A DNA stretch of 64,000 bases from Octopus sinensis (GCF_006345805.1 NC_043020.1:18724001-18788000); one strand, 5' to 3'; positions 1 to 16,714 are shown, numbered from the stretch's first letter. Numbers and translations are program-made. Notes: generated by a model from the letters alone, not told the origin.

Positions 1-223
1 TTGTATGCATATATAATTATAGTCATACATATCTTATACATACATGAGAGACAGATAGATAAAGATTGGACTTCTTTTTTTTCTTTTGGAACAAATAAGA
101 GGAATAACACTCAGTACATGGATATATATATATCTTATTAGTTTTAATCTGTAGAAAGAGATAAATACGACTCGTCTCCGAGTCTCTGTAGCCATATGCG
201 AGTGTATGTGGTATGTGTGTATG

Positions 224-268
<45 letters not shown>

Positions 269-316
269 CAATATAATATATATATATATATTATATATAT
301 AATATATGTATACATA

Positions 317-611
317 CCGTGACCGACCAGACTATCAGATGTTGCTACACACCGCTGTCACAATGCGCTTCGCATTGTTTTAGCCTTCAAATGACGCCAC
401 CCCGCTGGCTAAGCTAGCAGGCTAAGAGAAGAAAGAGTGAGCTAAAGTTGTGGCGAAAGAGTACAGCAGGGACCACCGCCACCTCCTATCGGACCCTCGT
501 GGAGCTATAGGTGTTTTGCTCAATAAACACTCACAAGGCCGGTCTGGGAATCGAAACCGTGATCCTACGACCGCGAGTCCGCTGCCCTAACCACTGGGCC
601 ATTGCGCCTCC
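317..611 (-). mobile_element. tRNA-derived SINE (family 'E' here), full length
   Basis: Reverse complement begins GGAGGCGCAATGGCCCAGTGGTTAGGGCAGCGGACTCGCGG...GGTTTCGATTCCC (Pol III A and B boxes). Head and body are shared with 58563-58869; it ends in a microsatellite. Confidence 0.85.
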
Positions 612-620
612 ACACACACA

Positions 621-664
<44 letters not shown>

Positions 665-667
<3 letters not shown>

Positions 668-1914
668 AATAATGCGGGGTTTTCAGTTGCATGAACTAAA
701 AATCGGAGGGGGACGTGATATATTACCTGCATCACTTGCTATAAAAGCGAGTATAAATTTAACTTATTCTCAGTGAAAGTTTCGAAGAGTGCCTTTCGAT
801 TTTAATAGTTATTTTTCCAAAGAGACATATTTGGCATATTTTTTTATGAGTTCAATAAAGACAACAACGCAATGGAAAGAGCGAGGAATATTAATGCAGT
901 ATATGAGGATCGGACAGTAAGGACAAGCCAGTGTCATCGGTGGTTCCAGAAATTCCGAGCCGGAAACTACAGCCTAGAAGACGAGCTTCGTTCTGGAAGA
1001 TCTGTAGAGCTCGACTAGGATGTCCTGCAAACCCTGGTGGAACAAAATCCCATCGCTACTGTTGTGGAACTAGCATAGAATCTTGGATTTGGTCATTCAA
1101 TCATTCATCGATACCTGCGTGTCATTGGAAAAATCAGCAAATTGGATCACTGGGTTCCTCACAAATTTTCGGAGTCTAATCGCGCGCAGAGATTGAATGT
1201 GTGCTCTTCTTTGCTGTCATGTCTCACGAATGAACCATTTTTTTAATCAAAAAGTGACTGGTGAGGAGAAATGTGTTCTCTATAAGAATGTTAAGCACCT
1301 AAGTCAGTGGGTAAAGAAAGGAGAAACACTGGCACTCCAGGATAAAGAAGGTCTTCACCCACGTAAGGTGTTGTTATCTGTTGGGTGGGATGTGAAAGGT
1401 TTTGCCCATTTTGAACTTTTAAACCCAAACCAAACGATAACAAAGGAGATCTACTGCGAGCAGCTTAAGCGGCGTAAGTCAGTGCTAGAAGAAAAATGAC
1501 CATCTTTGGTTTCAAGACGAAAGATGTTCTTCCATCAGGATAATGCTCGGCCACATACAGAGAGGATGACATTCGAAAGGCTGGAGCAGTTTCAATGGGA
1601 GACAATGCCCCATCTACCATATTCGCCGGACATTGCCCCATCTGATTATCATTTAATCCGCAGTCTTCAAAATTATTTGGACAGAAAAAATATGAATTTT
1701 GTCGACGAGGTCAGAACAGTACTGGAGGAGTATTTTTCGTCACGGACAGGTGAATTTTGGGAGAGGGGCCTTGCAAGTCAAGCAGAGAGAGGGAAGAGCA
1801 TCGTAGAAAATGACGGTGAGTAAATTTTATATTAAAAAAAGAATTTTGTTTATCTTAATTTTGAAAAATAAAGGAAGTATAAAAAAACTGCATTATTTAT
1901 GGGATGGCCAAATA
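665..1914 (+). mobile_element. Mariner (DD34D) DNA transposon, near full length, decayed
   Basis: About 1.25 kb. The right TIR AAAACTGCATTATTTATGGGATGGCCAAATA (1885-1914) matches the inner part of the left TIR ATAAATAATGCGGGGTTTT (665-683); the outer part of the left TIR is lost in a (TA)n tract. Internal transposase relic present. Confidence 0.92.
822..1830 (+). pseudogene. Mariner transposase pseudogene (frameshifts and stops)
   Basis: N-terminal HTH (HIWHIFFYEFNK...RWFQKFRAGNYSLEDE), VTGEEK (first catalytic D changed to E), LHPRKVLLSVGWD, and HQDNARPH...YSPDIAPSD with 34 residues between the last two Asp. Confidence 0.92.
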
Positions 1915-2037
1915 TATACACACAAAATTATGTTTATACGAACACACATACATATAAATACATATACACATATACCTTCACATTTGCGCGCACGCACACA
2001 CACATGCGTGAACACACACACACACACACATACACAC

Positions 2038-2080
<43 letters not shown>

Positions 2081-2639
2081 ACACACAAGCTATGCGCTTG
2101 TATGTCTGTTCCCCTGTTCTGCAATTAGCGCATAAAGTAAAAGAAATACCTTCACACAAAGCTTTCGAGATGAAATTGAATTATTCTTTTAAGTGAGGGT
2201 TGTCACTGCATGGATGCACATACGCTTTGTAAAGGAAAAAACATTTTTGGACACATATGCCCACAGCCAAAAATTAGAAGGGCCATAAACCGCAACGCTT
2301 TCTTAACATGAGGAGAACTCGGTTGAAGCTCTTCCTGTCACTCCGACAGCAAGAGTCTCAAAATCTATTTTGGTAAAATCAAACTCGGACAGCACATCAA
2401 AGCCTAGCACTTCTCTATAATGTAGGGAATACTAGAGCGCCAACCAATTATTTATACTCTAGAAAACTCAGCTAAGGGCCCCAGTGGTATTCTACTACAA
2501 CATACGGAACTGTGCTACAGCTACACACACAGATATGCTGGCTTGCATTCAGGAAAGGGCTGCTTGCCTTAGTTAACAAAACAACACTAACGGACACACT
2601 CCAGCCTCTAACTTACAAGTGCGCTGTCTCCTCCCCCAC

Positions 2640-2689
<50 letters not shown>

Positions 2690-3293
2690 ATAGCTTCTAT
2701 AATGGCTTCTGTCCTTCGTGGCTAATTTTGTACCTTCACCGCCCAGGCCCCTGAAACCCACTTGATTTGCATCCTGTTACCACTCGTCTTGCGTCTTCCT
2801 ATCCAAGCACCGCAGAAATGTCTTCCCAAAAATTCGGTCTTCTTCAGACTCTTGGCTCTCAGTTCCTAATTTTTTTCAGTTAATACAAGGCTATATAAGT
2901 ATAGGAGACCTAGGGGTAGAACAAGAACGGGATGGTTAGGTAATATCCATAGTCTCATAATGTCACGCTTGGGAATCCAACGGGTATCTCTAATGAGGGT
3001 TACTTCCGATAGGACCCTATGGGGGAGGTGCCTGAGAGCTCTACCACCAACACCCGCCCAGAAATAGTAGGTGAAAAAGATTGATACGTGGACGGGAGGG
3101 TGTGTTTATACATATGGTTGGATGTATGCATGTACACACATATATGTGTGTATCTATTCATGTACGTATACACACACACACACACACATATATATGTGTG
3201 TGTATCTAGATAGCTTTGGTGGTTTGGCTATTTTGGGGAAAAAGTCATTGAGAGCTGACGTGACTCAGCAAATAATTAATGAATGTAAATAAT

Positions 3294-3468
3294 AGGCACA
3301 GGCGTGGCTGTGTGGTAAGAAGCTTGGTTCCCAACCATATGTTTCCGAGTTCAGTCCCACTGCGAGGCACCTTGGGCAAGTGTCTCCTACAATTACCTCG
3401 GGCCGACCAAAACCTTATGAATGGATTTGGTAGACGGAAAATGAGAGAAGCCCGTCGTGTGTATATAT

Positions 3469-3507
<39 letters not shown>

Positions 3508-3815
3508 ATCATATATGTAATATATATAATATATATGTGTGGTGTGTGTGTGTGTATGGTGTGTGTGTGTGTGTGTGTGTGTGCGTGTGTGTGTGTGTAT
3601 TTGTCCCCTCATCACCGCTTCACAACTGGTATTGGTGTGTTTATGTACCCGTAACTTAGCGATTCGGCAAAAGAGATCGATAGCATAAATACTAGGCTTA
3701 CAAAGAATAAGTCCTGAGGTCGATTATTTGTTCGACTAAGTCCCTTCAAGGTGGTGCTCCAGCATGGTTGCAGTCAAATGACTGAAACAAGAAAAGAGTA
3801 AAAGAATAAAAGAAT
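3294..3815 (+). mobile_element. SINE family 'A' (tRNA head + CORE-like + internal microsatellite + tail), full length
   Basis: GGCTGTGTGGTAAG...GGTTC(C)AGTCCC head, GGCACCTTGGGCAAGTGTC CORE-like motif, internal (TA)/(TG) tract, tail ending GACTGAAACAAG(TAAAAGAG)n. Confidence 0.9.
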
Positions 3816-3897
3816 CGGTGTCCTTTTTTTACTATATAACTCAGTGAATAGAGATGCATTATACACACGTTGTACTGTTGTTGAAATACAAACACCT

Positions 3898-4119
3898 ATT
3901 TCTTTATTACCCACAAGGGGCTAAACACAGAGGGGACAAACAAGGACAGACATAGGTATTAAGTCGATTACATCGACCCCAGTGCGTAACTGGTACTTAA
4001 TTTATCGACCCCGAAAGGATGAAAGGCAAAGTCGACCTCGGCGAAATTTGAACTCACAACGTAACGCAGACGAAATACCGCTAAGCCTTTCGCCAGGCGT
4101 GCTAACGTTTCTGCCAGCT
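3898..4119 (-). mobile_element. SINE family 'B' (Nin/Deu-domain-like), tail type B1, with TSD
   Basis: Reverse complement contains GCCTTTCATCCTTTCGGGGTCGATAAATTAAGTACC. Flanked by a 9-bp direct repeat CAAACACCT (3889-3897, 4120-4128). Confidence 0.88.
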
Positions 4120-4224
4120 CAAACACCTGTACCGTTATAAAGATGGCTTGGGGATGAGAAGGATGATGGCTGCTGACAGCTATATGCGTACGTTTAATGT
4201 ACCCTTGATACTATTTTCAAAACA

Positions 4225-4400
4225 GTCTTATTAAATCTCGCCAATAGAAGCTGAGATTTTTAAACTTAATACCTTATAATAAAATCTGGATCAGGGGATT
4301 TCCTGTTTGATATTTTTCTCAATACTGTTTCAATAACTGCACCGTCGATTTTGTAGTTTTTGATTAACAAGTTTGCTGTGTCCCTGTTTTAACTCATCTC
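4225..4400 (-). pseudogene. Non-LTR retrotransposon RT N-terminal fragment, R4/Dong-like
   Basis: Minus-strand translation KIDGAVIETVLRKISNRKSPDPDFIIRY*..KNLSFYWRDLIRLF resembles the NWKSPGxDxIxxYWxKxL motif preceding RT in restriction-like-endonuclease LINEs. Confidence 0.55.
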
Positions 4401-4621
4401 TTCTGTCAGCTTTTCGTTGATTCCATCATTCTCTTCTTAAATTGATCTCCAGTAACTTTCCACTCTGTTTCTTAATTAAATGGGGTTTTTTTTTTTTTAC
4501 TGATAGTGTGCAGTTTTTCAAGCTACGATAGACTGATTTGGAGTCTCTAGCAAACAAACTAAATATTTTTTAACAAGTTCACTGGGTATTCGTGGCACCA
4601 GCGCCTGTTCTGACACGGTTA

Positions 4622-4777
4622 TTCTATATATCGCTGGCGGAAAGACGAGCCGCTGCTATCTCTAGCGGTTGAACGTCCATCATTGACATAACCAAGGAAG
4701 GTCGAAATCACATAATCTGATAATCTTGGTCAGGGAGGTGGTGGGTATTTATATATCTCTCCGCTAGCGATATAGAA
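4622..4777. mobile_element. Candidate small MITE
   Basis: About 22-bp imperfect terminal inverted repeats TTCTATATATCGCTGGCGGAAAGA / TCTCTCCGCTAGCGATATAGAA. Confidence 0.5.
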
Positions 4778-5280
4778 AAGAGTGCATTTCGCACCAAAAG
4801 CCGATGTGAGAGTTACACTCTTGGCAACAACCGCAGTTTGTTATAACAGAACATTCACGTTTAAGTGACGATATGAAGAGATTGCAAGAAGCAACGAAAA
4901 TTTTAGAAAAATAAATAAATCAGTTAATGAGTGAAAATCGAACCGGTGAGTGTGTTAATTAATAAGGCATTAAAACAGAATGACACTCCCCAAACAATAT
5001 ATTCAGTATTTTCCATATATACACTGCAGATTTGTATTCTAATTTCTCTGTTGTCACTGTTAGTTCTCGTTTCAGCTGGTAGAGTTTGGAATTTAAGGTA
5101 TCAGTTTTATAGTCTTCGAACTGCTTATCTTTGAATCGTTTTGGTGTTTCGGGAATTTGTTGATTGTGTTGCACTTGGTAACTGCAATAACCTGCGAGAT
5201 ACTTTTACAAAGAAAGAGAATTATACTTTTCAAGCTGTGTGCACAGCCCGAATCTGAATATGTATGTATGTATGTATGTC

Positions 5281-5822
5281 AGGTCACTTTCGAGTGCTAC
5301 TGGTAACATGTAACCCAGTACAACCTGTTGCATGGTCGGGTCGTCGGCGACTATACCGGCAACCCCACCAAGCTTGCTTGGTGAGGAGGATGTTTATTGG
5401 ATACCCTGCAGGATGAAAAACAAAACTCGTCAAAGGGCGGAGGAATTCTTGAGAGTCAACGGCCATCCAATAAATGTCTTAGGGCTGTATCATGCGCGGG
5501 GCCATAGAAATAATCGGACTGAATACCCGATCGCGCGGTTAAACCATTGGGAGTGAAGGACTCCTAGCCTTTGTTAGGACATCCTTCTAGGAGAAGGTAA
5601 CTCAGGTAACTGGGATAACTCCGACATAAAACCTGCGGCTCAGTGGTTACCGATGATGTTGATTCAGAATGGCTGCTGTTGCTTAGTGAGTGGGATTGAC
5701 TCTGTGCACAGCCTTTCCTCACTTTAAAAAAAGATCTTTTTGCACAGGCATTGCACGATAACAACATTGATTAAGCTTCGTGCAATGGCCATACTCGAGT
5801 ACATAACGAGGGGGCAGCCACC
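5281..5822 (+). mobile_element. Non-coding element with RTE-like 5'UTR motif and 3' stem-loop, inside (TATG)n
   Basis: CTAGGAGAAGGTAACTC...ATAAAACC resembles the conserved RTE 5'UTR motif. Terminal hairpin CATTGCACGA...TCGTGCAATG. (TATG)n on both sides. Confidence 0.45.
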
Positions 5823-6354
5823 ATGTATGTATGTATGTATGTATGTATGTATGTATGTATGTATGTATGTATGTATATATGTATGTATGTATGTCGTTAT
5901 CCAGTTTATTTCAAAATTTCTTGCCACTTGAGAAAGAGCCGGTCTCTAACCTAGACAAAAGGCTCCTACATTGGAATTTCAATAACACTAAGACGGTATT
6001 TTTGCATATATGTGTGTATGTGTGCAGTATTTAGAGTCAGTGCATGAGCAGATATCTATGCTTTGTTTTATGCATGTCTTCACGTGGATATATTTGCATA
6101 TCTAAACGTGCACATGTATACTTAAATAGTAAAGTTCAGGGAAGTGTTACAAACTTTTACAATTTCACTTGTATGTATGTATGTATGTATGTATGTATGT
6201 ATGTATGTATGCATGCATACATGTATGTATATATGTATGTATGCATGCATATATGTACGTATGTATGCACGCAAGTATGCATGCATGTATGTATGTATGT
6301 ATGTATGTATGTATGTATGTATGTATGTATGTATGTATGTATGTATGTATGTAT

Positions 6355-6815
6355 GTATGGTACGGCTGGAGCGATTTCACCAATAATATCTCTACCATAT
6401 ACTGGGTACCAGATATCAGTCCTCGAACACAGTCGGTCGACCAGTTTACAGTGGAGTGCTCATGTGGCTAGAGTGGGAGATGATCGGTTTCCTATGCAAT
6501 CTCTGTATAATTAGTTACCCCAGGGTAAAAGACTCACGCACAAACCGAAATTGAAATATAGGGAGTGCATCAAGAATACGTTGGAGAAGGTCAAAATCTC
6601 GGATAATACGCGTAAAGCTTGCTGTAGATCCTTCATCGAGGGAGGAGAGAATTTGAACAAAATTGTAACATGAATGAACAGTTCAAGAGAGATGTTTGTA
6701 AGGTTCTTGATGTAAATCATCCTGAAAAGGTTGGAATACAGCTCAGCTTAACATGTAACAGGTGTTGGAGTGTCTATTGGAAGGTAGGTCTTAGAAGATA
6801 TCAGAAGAGCCATAG
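6355..6815 (+). pseudogene. RTE-clade LINE 3' ORF fragment
   Basis: Across frameshifts: RLERFHQ..ILG, VLEHSRSTS, LQWSAHVARVGDDRFPMQSLY, LPQGKRLTHKPKLKYRECIKNTL, and a C-terminal CNRC...GLRRYQKSH zinc-finger-like end, all typical of RTE/BovB. Confidence 0.8.
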
Positions 6816-7044
6816 AGCCGGGTAAATTGTGGGCAATGCATTATATGGTATCTCTATATGCAGAGGGTGTGGAAAAGGATGTGTACCAGGAAACATCATA
6901 AGAAAGTTCACTAAAACGATATAGTAACATCTGCTGTAAGAGGTGCCCAACGTTTCCATCTCTGTAGATAAGAGTGTAAGCCTCGCAGGACTGAACAGCC
7001 ACATCCATGTTGCTGATGGTTAAAATAACAATCAAGTGATGGCA

Positions 7045-7712
7045 TCACATATGCATGTATGTATGTATGTATGTATGTATGTATGTATGTATGTATGTAT
7101 GTATATATGTATGTATGTATGTATGCATGTATGTATGTGTGTATGTATGTATGTATGTATGTATGTGTGTATGTATGTATGTATGTATGTATGTATGTAT
7201 GTATGCATGTATGTATGTGTGTATGTGTGTATGTATGTATGTATGTATGTATGCATGTATGTATCTGTGTATGTATGTATGTATGTATGTATGTATGTAT
7301 GTATGTGTGTATGTATGTATGCATGTATGTATGTGTGTATGTGTGTTTGTATGTATGTATGTATGTATGTATGTGTGTATGTATATATGTATGTATGTAT
7401 GTATGTATTCATGTATGTATCTGTGTATGTATGTATGTATGTATGTATGTATGTATGTATGTGTGTATGTATGTATGTATGTGTCTATGTACGAATGTAT
7501 GTATGTGTGTATGTATGTATGTATGTATGTATGTATGTATGTATGTATGTATGTATGTATGTATGTATGTATGCATGCATGTATGTGTGTATGTATGTAT
7601 CTGTCTATGTATGTATGTATGTATGTATGTATGTATGTATGTATGTGTGTATGTATGTATGCATGTATGTATGCATGTATGTATGTGTGTATGTATGTAT
7701 GTATGTATATGT
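7045..7712. repeat. Long compound (TATG)n microsatellite
   Basis: About 670 bp of TATG units with recurrent TGTG/CATG/TCTG variants; source of the (YVCM)n ORFs. Confidence 0.97.
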
Positions 7713-8344
7713 ACACACACATTGTCGCCATCAACTCGAGGAGAACCAAAACTACTTTCTTACTGCATTTATTTACATTAGATTCTCTGCTTTAGGTCCT
7801 CCATTGACTACCTAGCCTCCACCCCACTTCATCTACCTAACTACCTTGTCGGTGTGTGTGTGTGTGTGTGCGAGCACTTAACCGGTTTCATATTTCATTT
7901 TCAAAAGTATTTGAAGTGGAGCTTAGTCGGAAATTGCGTCTTTTCTGACCGTTGCGATCTGATTCATGATCTGAGTCACTTGTTTTTTTTATAGAGAAAG
8001 TGGCTCAGATCGCAGTCAATTGGTGGGTAAGTGACTAGTAATTTTCGATATTAGTTTGATTGTTTTGGGGTAGAATTGGTATATTTTAATTTTTGTATAC
8101 ATACATACACACATACATACATTCATATTTGATGTGTTTTATTTGAAACTGTCAGGCGGAGAATAATTGGGGTTGCATTCAGCCAATTTTCTTTAGCATA
8201 TTTCAAAATGCAAATTTGAAATTTGTAATGATCCTGTTCCAGATATGTTTTACATTGCATTTCATCCAGTATATTTATTGTTCCACAGATCAAACGCAAA
8301 TAAATAAGGAAAAGTCATTTATTGAAAAATACAAACCACTGTTT

Positions 8345-8731
8345 GTATTCTTTTACTTGTTTCAGCCATTTTACTGAGCCCATGCTGGGGCCCCACCTTT
8401 TAGCCGAACAAATTGGCACCAAGACTTATTCTTTTTAAGCCTGGTACTTATTCTATCGGATTCTTTTGACGAACTGCTAGGTTACGGTGATGTAAACACT
8501 CCAACATCGGTTGTCAAACGATGGGGGGGGGGGAACTGACACAAAGACACACACACACTCATATATATATATGCGACGGGCTTCTTTCAGTTTCCGTCTA
8601 CCAAATCCACACACAAGGCTTTGGTCGGCCCAAGGCTATAGTAGAAGACACTTGTCCAAGGTGCCACGCAGTGGGACTGAACCCGGAACCATGTGGTTGA
8701 GAAGCAAGCTTTTTACCACACAGCCACGCCT
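8345..8731 (-). mobile_element. SINE family A
   Basis: Reverse complement of head, CORE-like block, internal CA/TA tract and tail. Confidence 0.88.
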
Positions 8732-9225
8732 AAAACATCAGTAATATATGCTCCGCCATTTACTACTAGTGCTATCCATATTAGTATAGAATTCTTGTTG
8801 CTGAAAGTGATTCATATCTCACTTATAAGGTCTCTAATTACACTTTCATTTGGAGCATGGTAAATTTCAGTTACCTGCGTGTCATTTTCATTAAGACCTC
8901 TTTGCATTTCTTTATTTGTGGGGGGTGGTGGAGACGGTGTTAATTTGTCTAGTCTAACAAGCACATAGACACAAGAAATCGGTTAAAACAGCCCTAGATT
9001 CGAATGTGACTTTCACCTTTCATTGCTATTGTACTAACAGATGCACTGGTTCAAAAGTAATCAGATATCTCCCTTATCTTAACTATCCATCTACTGAGAT
9101 ATCTCTTGAGTGGGGTTAATACCTGCGTTTGCTTTATTTCTCTGACATTTTGCTACTTAACATCAACAAGTATACGTATTCGTTGGAAATTCTCTAAATA
9201 TACTACAACAATGTTTAAGTAATAT

Positions 9226-9625
9226 GACGTGGCGGCTTGTAGGTTGTGTGGCAAAAAGCTTGTTTTTCAACCGACGGTTCAGGGTTCACTCCCATTGCGT
9301 GACACCTTCGTCAACGCCCCCTGCTATAGTCTCAGGTCAGACCAAAGCTTTGTGAGTAGATTTGGTAGACAGAAACTGAAAGACGCCTGTCGTGTGTGTG
9401 TCTTTGTGTTTTTGTGTCTGTTTTCCCCCCACTACCGCTTCACAATCAGTGTTGGTGTATTTACGTCCTCGTAATATAGCGGTTCAGCAAAAGAGACCGA
9501 TGGAATAAGTACCAGGTTTAAAAAAAAGGAAAGTACTGTCTTTGATTCATTCGACTAAAACTTCTTCCAGGTGGTGCCCCAGCTTGGCCGCAGCCTAATG
9601 AGTGACACAAGTAAAATATAAAAGA
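9226..9625 (+). mobile_element. SINE family A (diverged)
   Basis: All modules recognisable. Confidence 0.8.
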
Positions 9626-9938
9626 CAAGCCAATGTATACACCAGTTATTGAAACGATCGTAACCTTTATGAAAGTTTTCATTTCCTGGTAAAGATCCAT
9701 GTATTTTAAACATTTTCTCATTATGTTCAATGTAAGACATAAAGCTTGTTCAGGCAGAGTTGCCTCCCTTGGCTAAAGACCTCAAAATTGTGCGACCCGA
9801 CCTAGTTTTCGAGGTTACTTTTGCAGGAAAAAAAGAGTTGTTGTACAAAAAATTTACTTTATTTTGTAGCCGAAAGATTACTGAATCTTTTAATACATCA
9901 TACGTCAAAATCAGCAGCTCAGTTTTCTAATCCAGAAG

Positions 9939-9984
<46 letters not shown>

Positions 9985-10189
9985 ACGCAAATTTTGTTTT
10001 ATCATGTAAGATTATATATGGTCAATTCGAGAGTGTTATAACCTCATTAAAAATTCCACTGGTTATAATCTCCATCATGTAATGCGAATGTCACTTGTAT
10101 ATGCTATAGACTATTGTAATTATATAAGTTATTAATATTAAAGGAAAGAAAATGGAGTGAATTGGATGAATGAAAAGTTTATTTGTATT

Positions 10190-10552
10190 GGTGCAGGAGT
10201 GGCTGTGTGGTAAGTAGCTTGCTTCCCAACCACATGGGTCCGGATTTAGTCCCACTGCGTGGCACCTTGGGGAAGTGCCTTCTACTATAACCTGTGGATG
10301 GATTTGGTAGACGGAAACTACAAGAAGCCCGTCGTATATTTGTGTGTGTGTGTTTGTCCTCCCCCACCATCGCTTGACAACCGTTGTTGGTGTGTTTACT
10401 TTCCTGTAAATTAGGTGTTTGACAAAACAGACCAAGAGAATAGGTACTAAGCTTACTAAGAATAGGTCGTTGGGTCGATTTGTTTGACTGAAGGCGGTGC
10501 TTCAGCATGGCCGCTGTCAAATAACTGATATTAATAAAAGCGAAAACAAATA
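10190..10552 (+). mobile_element. SINE family A (small internal deletions)
   Basis: GGTGCAGGAGTGGCTGTGTGGTAAGTAGC head through GGCGGTGCTTCAGCATGGCC tail. Confidence 0.88.
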
Positions 10553-10723
10553 CAATAAATTTTTCATACATTCAATTCTCTCCTTTTCTTTCCTTCAATA
10601 TATATATTATAGATATTATATATATATATATATATATAGTATATATAATATATATATAAATATATTATATATAATATACACATATATACATGTATGTGCG
10701 TATGATATATTTATATATGTATA

Positions 10724-10787
<64 letters not shown>

Positions 10788-10789
10788 GA

Positions 10790-11318
10790 TAGGGGGGTAC
10801 GGGGCGTTCTTTTCTTTTCCCTCTTCTCTGTCACGTTACTGTTGGCCGAAATCGGCCTTTCAGCTCCTGACCCTCGTCGTGTTAACACATCGTTGTTTTT
10901 CGTCCGCCGCTATAAAGGCTTCTTCCAATGCGCCAGAGAAAAAATTTGTTTGCTTGTTATCATGCGTCGTAAGACACTTGTTTTTTTCACCTGTAATGCT
11001 TCTGTAATTCATGTTTCTGTATTCCATTATTGGTTTTTTTGTTTTTTAATATCTGTCCCTTTTGCTGTCCTGGTGTTCGTATGCATTCGATCCTTCTTCC
11101 AGGAAATCTCGCTTCCAGCTTAGTTTTTCTAATGCTCGTTGCTTAGTTTTTCTTGGAGGGCTGGCCGTGATCTAGTAATCTCAAGATTAATCAGCCGAAA
11201 TTACTACGATGATCCGGTTCTTGACTGAAGACTGAGGTTTTCGAGTGTCCTGTCCGTGTTTATTGTGTCGTCTTCTAAGAGTTATACGTTCTTGTCCATG
11301 TTGTATTTTTCTACATAC

Positions 11319-11320
<2 letters not shown>
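10790..11320 (+). mobile_element. Unclassified repeat, possibly a Penelope-like terminal repeat, inside (TA)n
   Basis: Non-microsatellite block bounded by long (TA)n on both sides. GGCTG...CAGCC-GAAA stem preceded by a decayed CTGANGA-like site (about 11150-11205). Confidence 0.35.
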
Positions 11321-11404
<84 letters not shown>

Positions 11405-11448
11405 TTATATGTACTATACATACACAAACACACACACACATATATATA

Positions 11449-11619
11449 ACGACAGTCTTCTTTCAGTTTCCATCTACCAAATCCACTCACAAGTCCTTGG
11501 CCAGTCCGAGGCTATAGTAGAAGATATTTGTCTCGTCCAAGCTGCCACGCAGTGGGACTGAAGTCGGAACAATCAAATTACGAAGCAAGATTCTTACCAC
11601 ACAGCCACGCTTGTGCCTA
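11449..11619 (-). mobile_element. SINE family A, head half
   Basis: Head and CORE-like block; the internal microsatellite merges into the (TA)n at 11322-11400. Confidence 0.8.
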
Positions 11620-12039
11620 GATATAAAGGCGTATAATTGATTTTTTTTCCTAGTAATACTTCCAGTTGCTACTGGACTTAAAGTGTTTAGTTAGAAAAAT
11701 TTCAACCCAATAATTATATTTTTAAAGGTTGTTGCTTATCCTTACTGCTTTCTTATATAAACTCTCGTCTCTGGGGACGTAGATGACCCAATGCCAGTTA
11801 TCAAGCAGTCTTTGGGGTCAAATGCAAGCAGAAACACAGATACATAGACTTACAAATATACACCAAGTGTTTCCGTCGACCACATTTATTCACAAAGCAT
11901 TTGTCGGTACGGAACTATGGCAGATGACACTTACATAAGGTGCATTGCATTGGGACTGAACTGAAAACCACGTGGATGCAAACTTCATAGTCACGTGACA
12001 TTTAATGCACATTCATGCGCACGCGTACACACGCATACA

Positions 12040-16000
<3,961 letters not shown>

Positions 16001-16380
16001 CACACATACTGGTGTACAAAGTAAAAAAATTCGATTCCCCTTGCATAATTTAAATATCTGTAGCCTATATATATATTTTTTATGTAATATTTGGCAAAAG
16101 TAAGAGTGGGACTCGATGGCCGTGAGTTTCGTGCGTTAACACTTGACGAAGTAGTTACAAAGTTGATTGTAACTTGTTTGGTAAGTGCTATTCCACAACT
16201 CCCTCTGCTCTTCAGTCATTCTCTTATTTCTGCTGAATAGTAATAAAATACATCTAGGTGCAAGCATGGGTGTGGCACCTTAGGCAAGTCTCTTCGTTTA
16301 TAGCCTCGATCCGACCGAAGCCTTGTGAGTGGATTTGATGGACGGAAACTGAAATGTGTGTGTGTGTGTGTGTCCGTGAA

Positions 16381-16700
16381 GGCGAGTTGCTTAGTGGTTA
16401 AGGGTATTGGGCTCACGATCGCAAGATTGTGCGCTCGATTCCCGGCGACACGTTGTGTCCTTGAGTAAGACACTTTATTTCACGTTGACCCAGTCCACTC
16501 AGGTAGCAAAAACAAATAGTACCCGTATTTCAAAAGACCATCCTTATCACACCCTCTTTCACGCTGAATCTCTCTGAGAACTATGTTAAAGGAACGAATG
16601 CCAGTGGAATACTCAACCACTTGCACGTTAATTTCACGAGCAGGCTGTTCCGTTGATCGGATCAACTGGAATCCTCGTCGTCGCAAGCGACGAAGTGCCA
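16381..16700 (+). mobile_element. tRNA-derived SINE (family 'F'), single copy here
   Basis: GGCGAGTTGCTTAGTGGTTAAGG...CTCGATTCCCGG head; GTGTCCTTGAGTAAGACACTT and CCAGTCCACTCAG conserved-body motifs; distinct tail. Follows a truncated family A head (16257-16357). Confidence 0.75.
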
Positions 16701-16714
16701 TTGTAGGCAGAAGG

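Noticed and set aside
2760-3120. Complex non-microsatellite block possibly from a LINE UTR
   Set aside because: No motif I could assign; left unclassified.
5281-5822. HDV-like ribozyme at either end of this element
   Set aside because: I could not assemble P1/P1.1/P2/P3 pairings consistently by eye; needs a computational search.
7036-7815. 230-260 aa ORFs in several frames
   Set aside because: (TATG)n artefacts.
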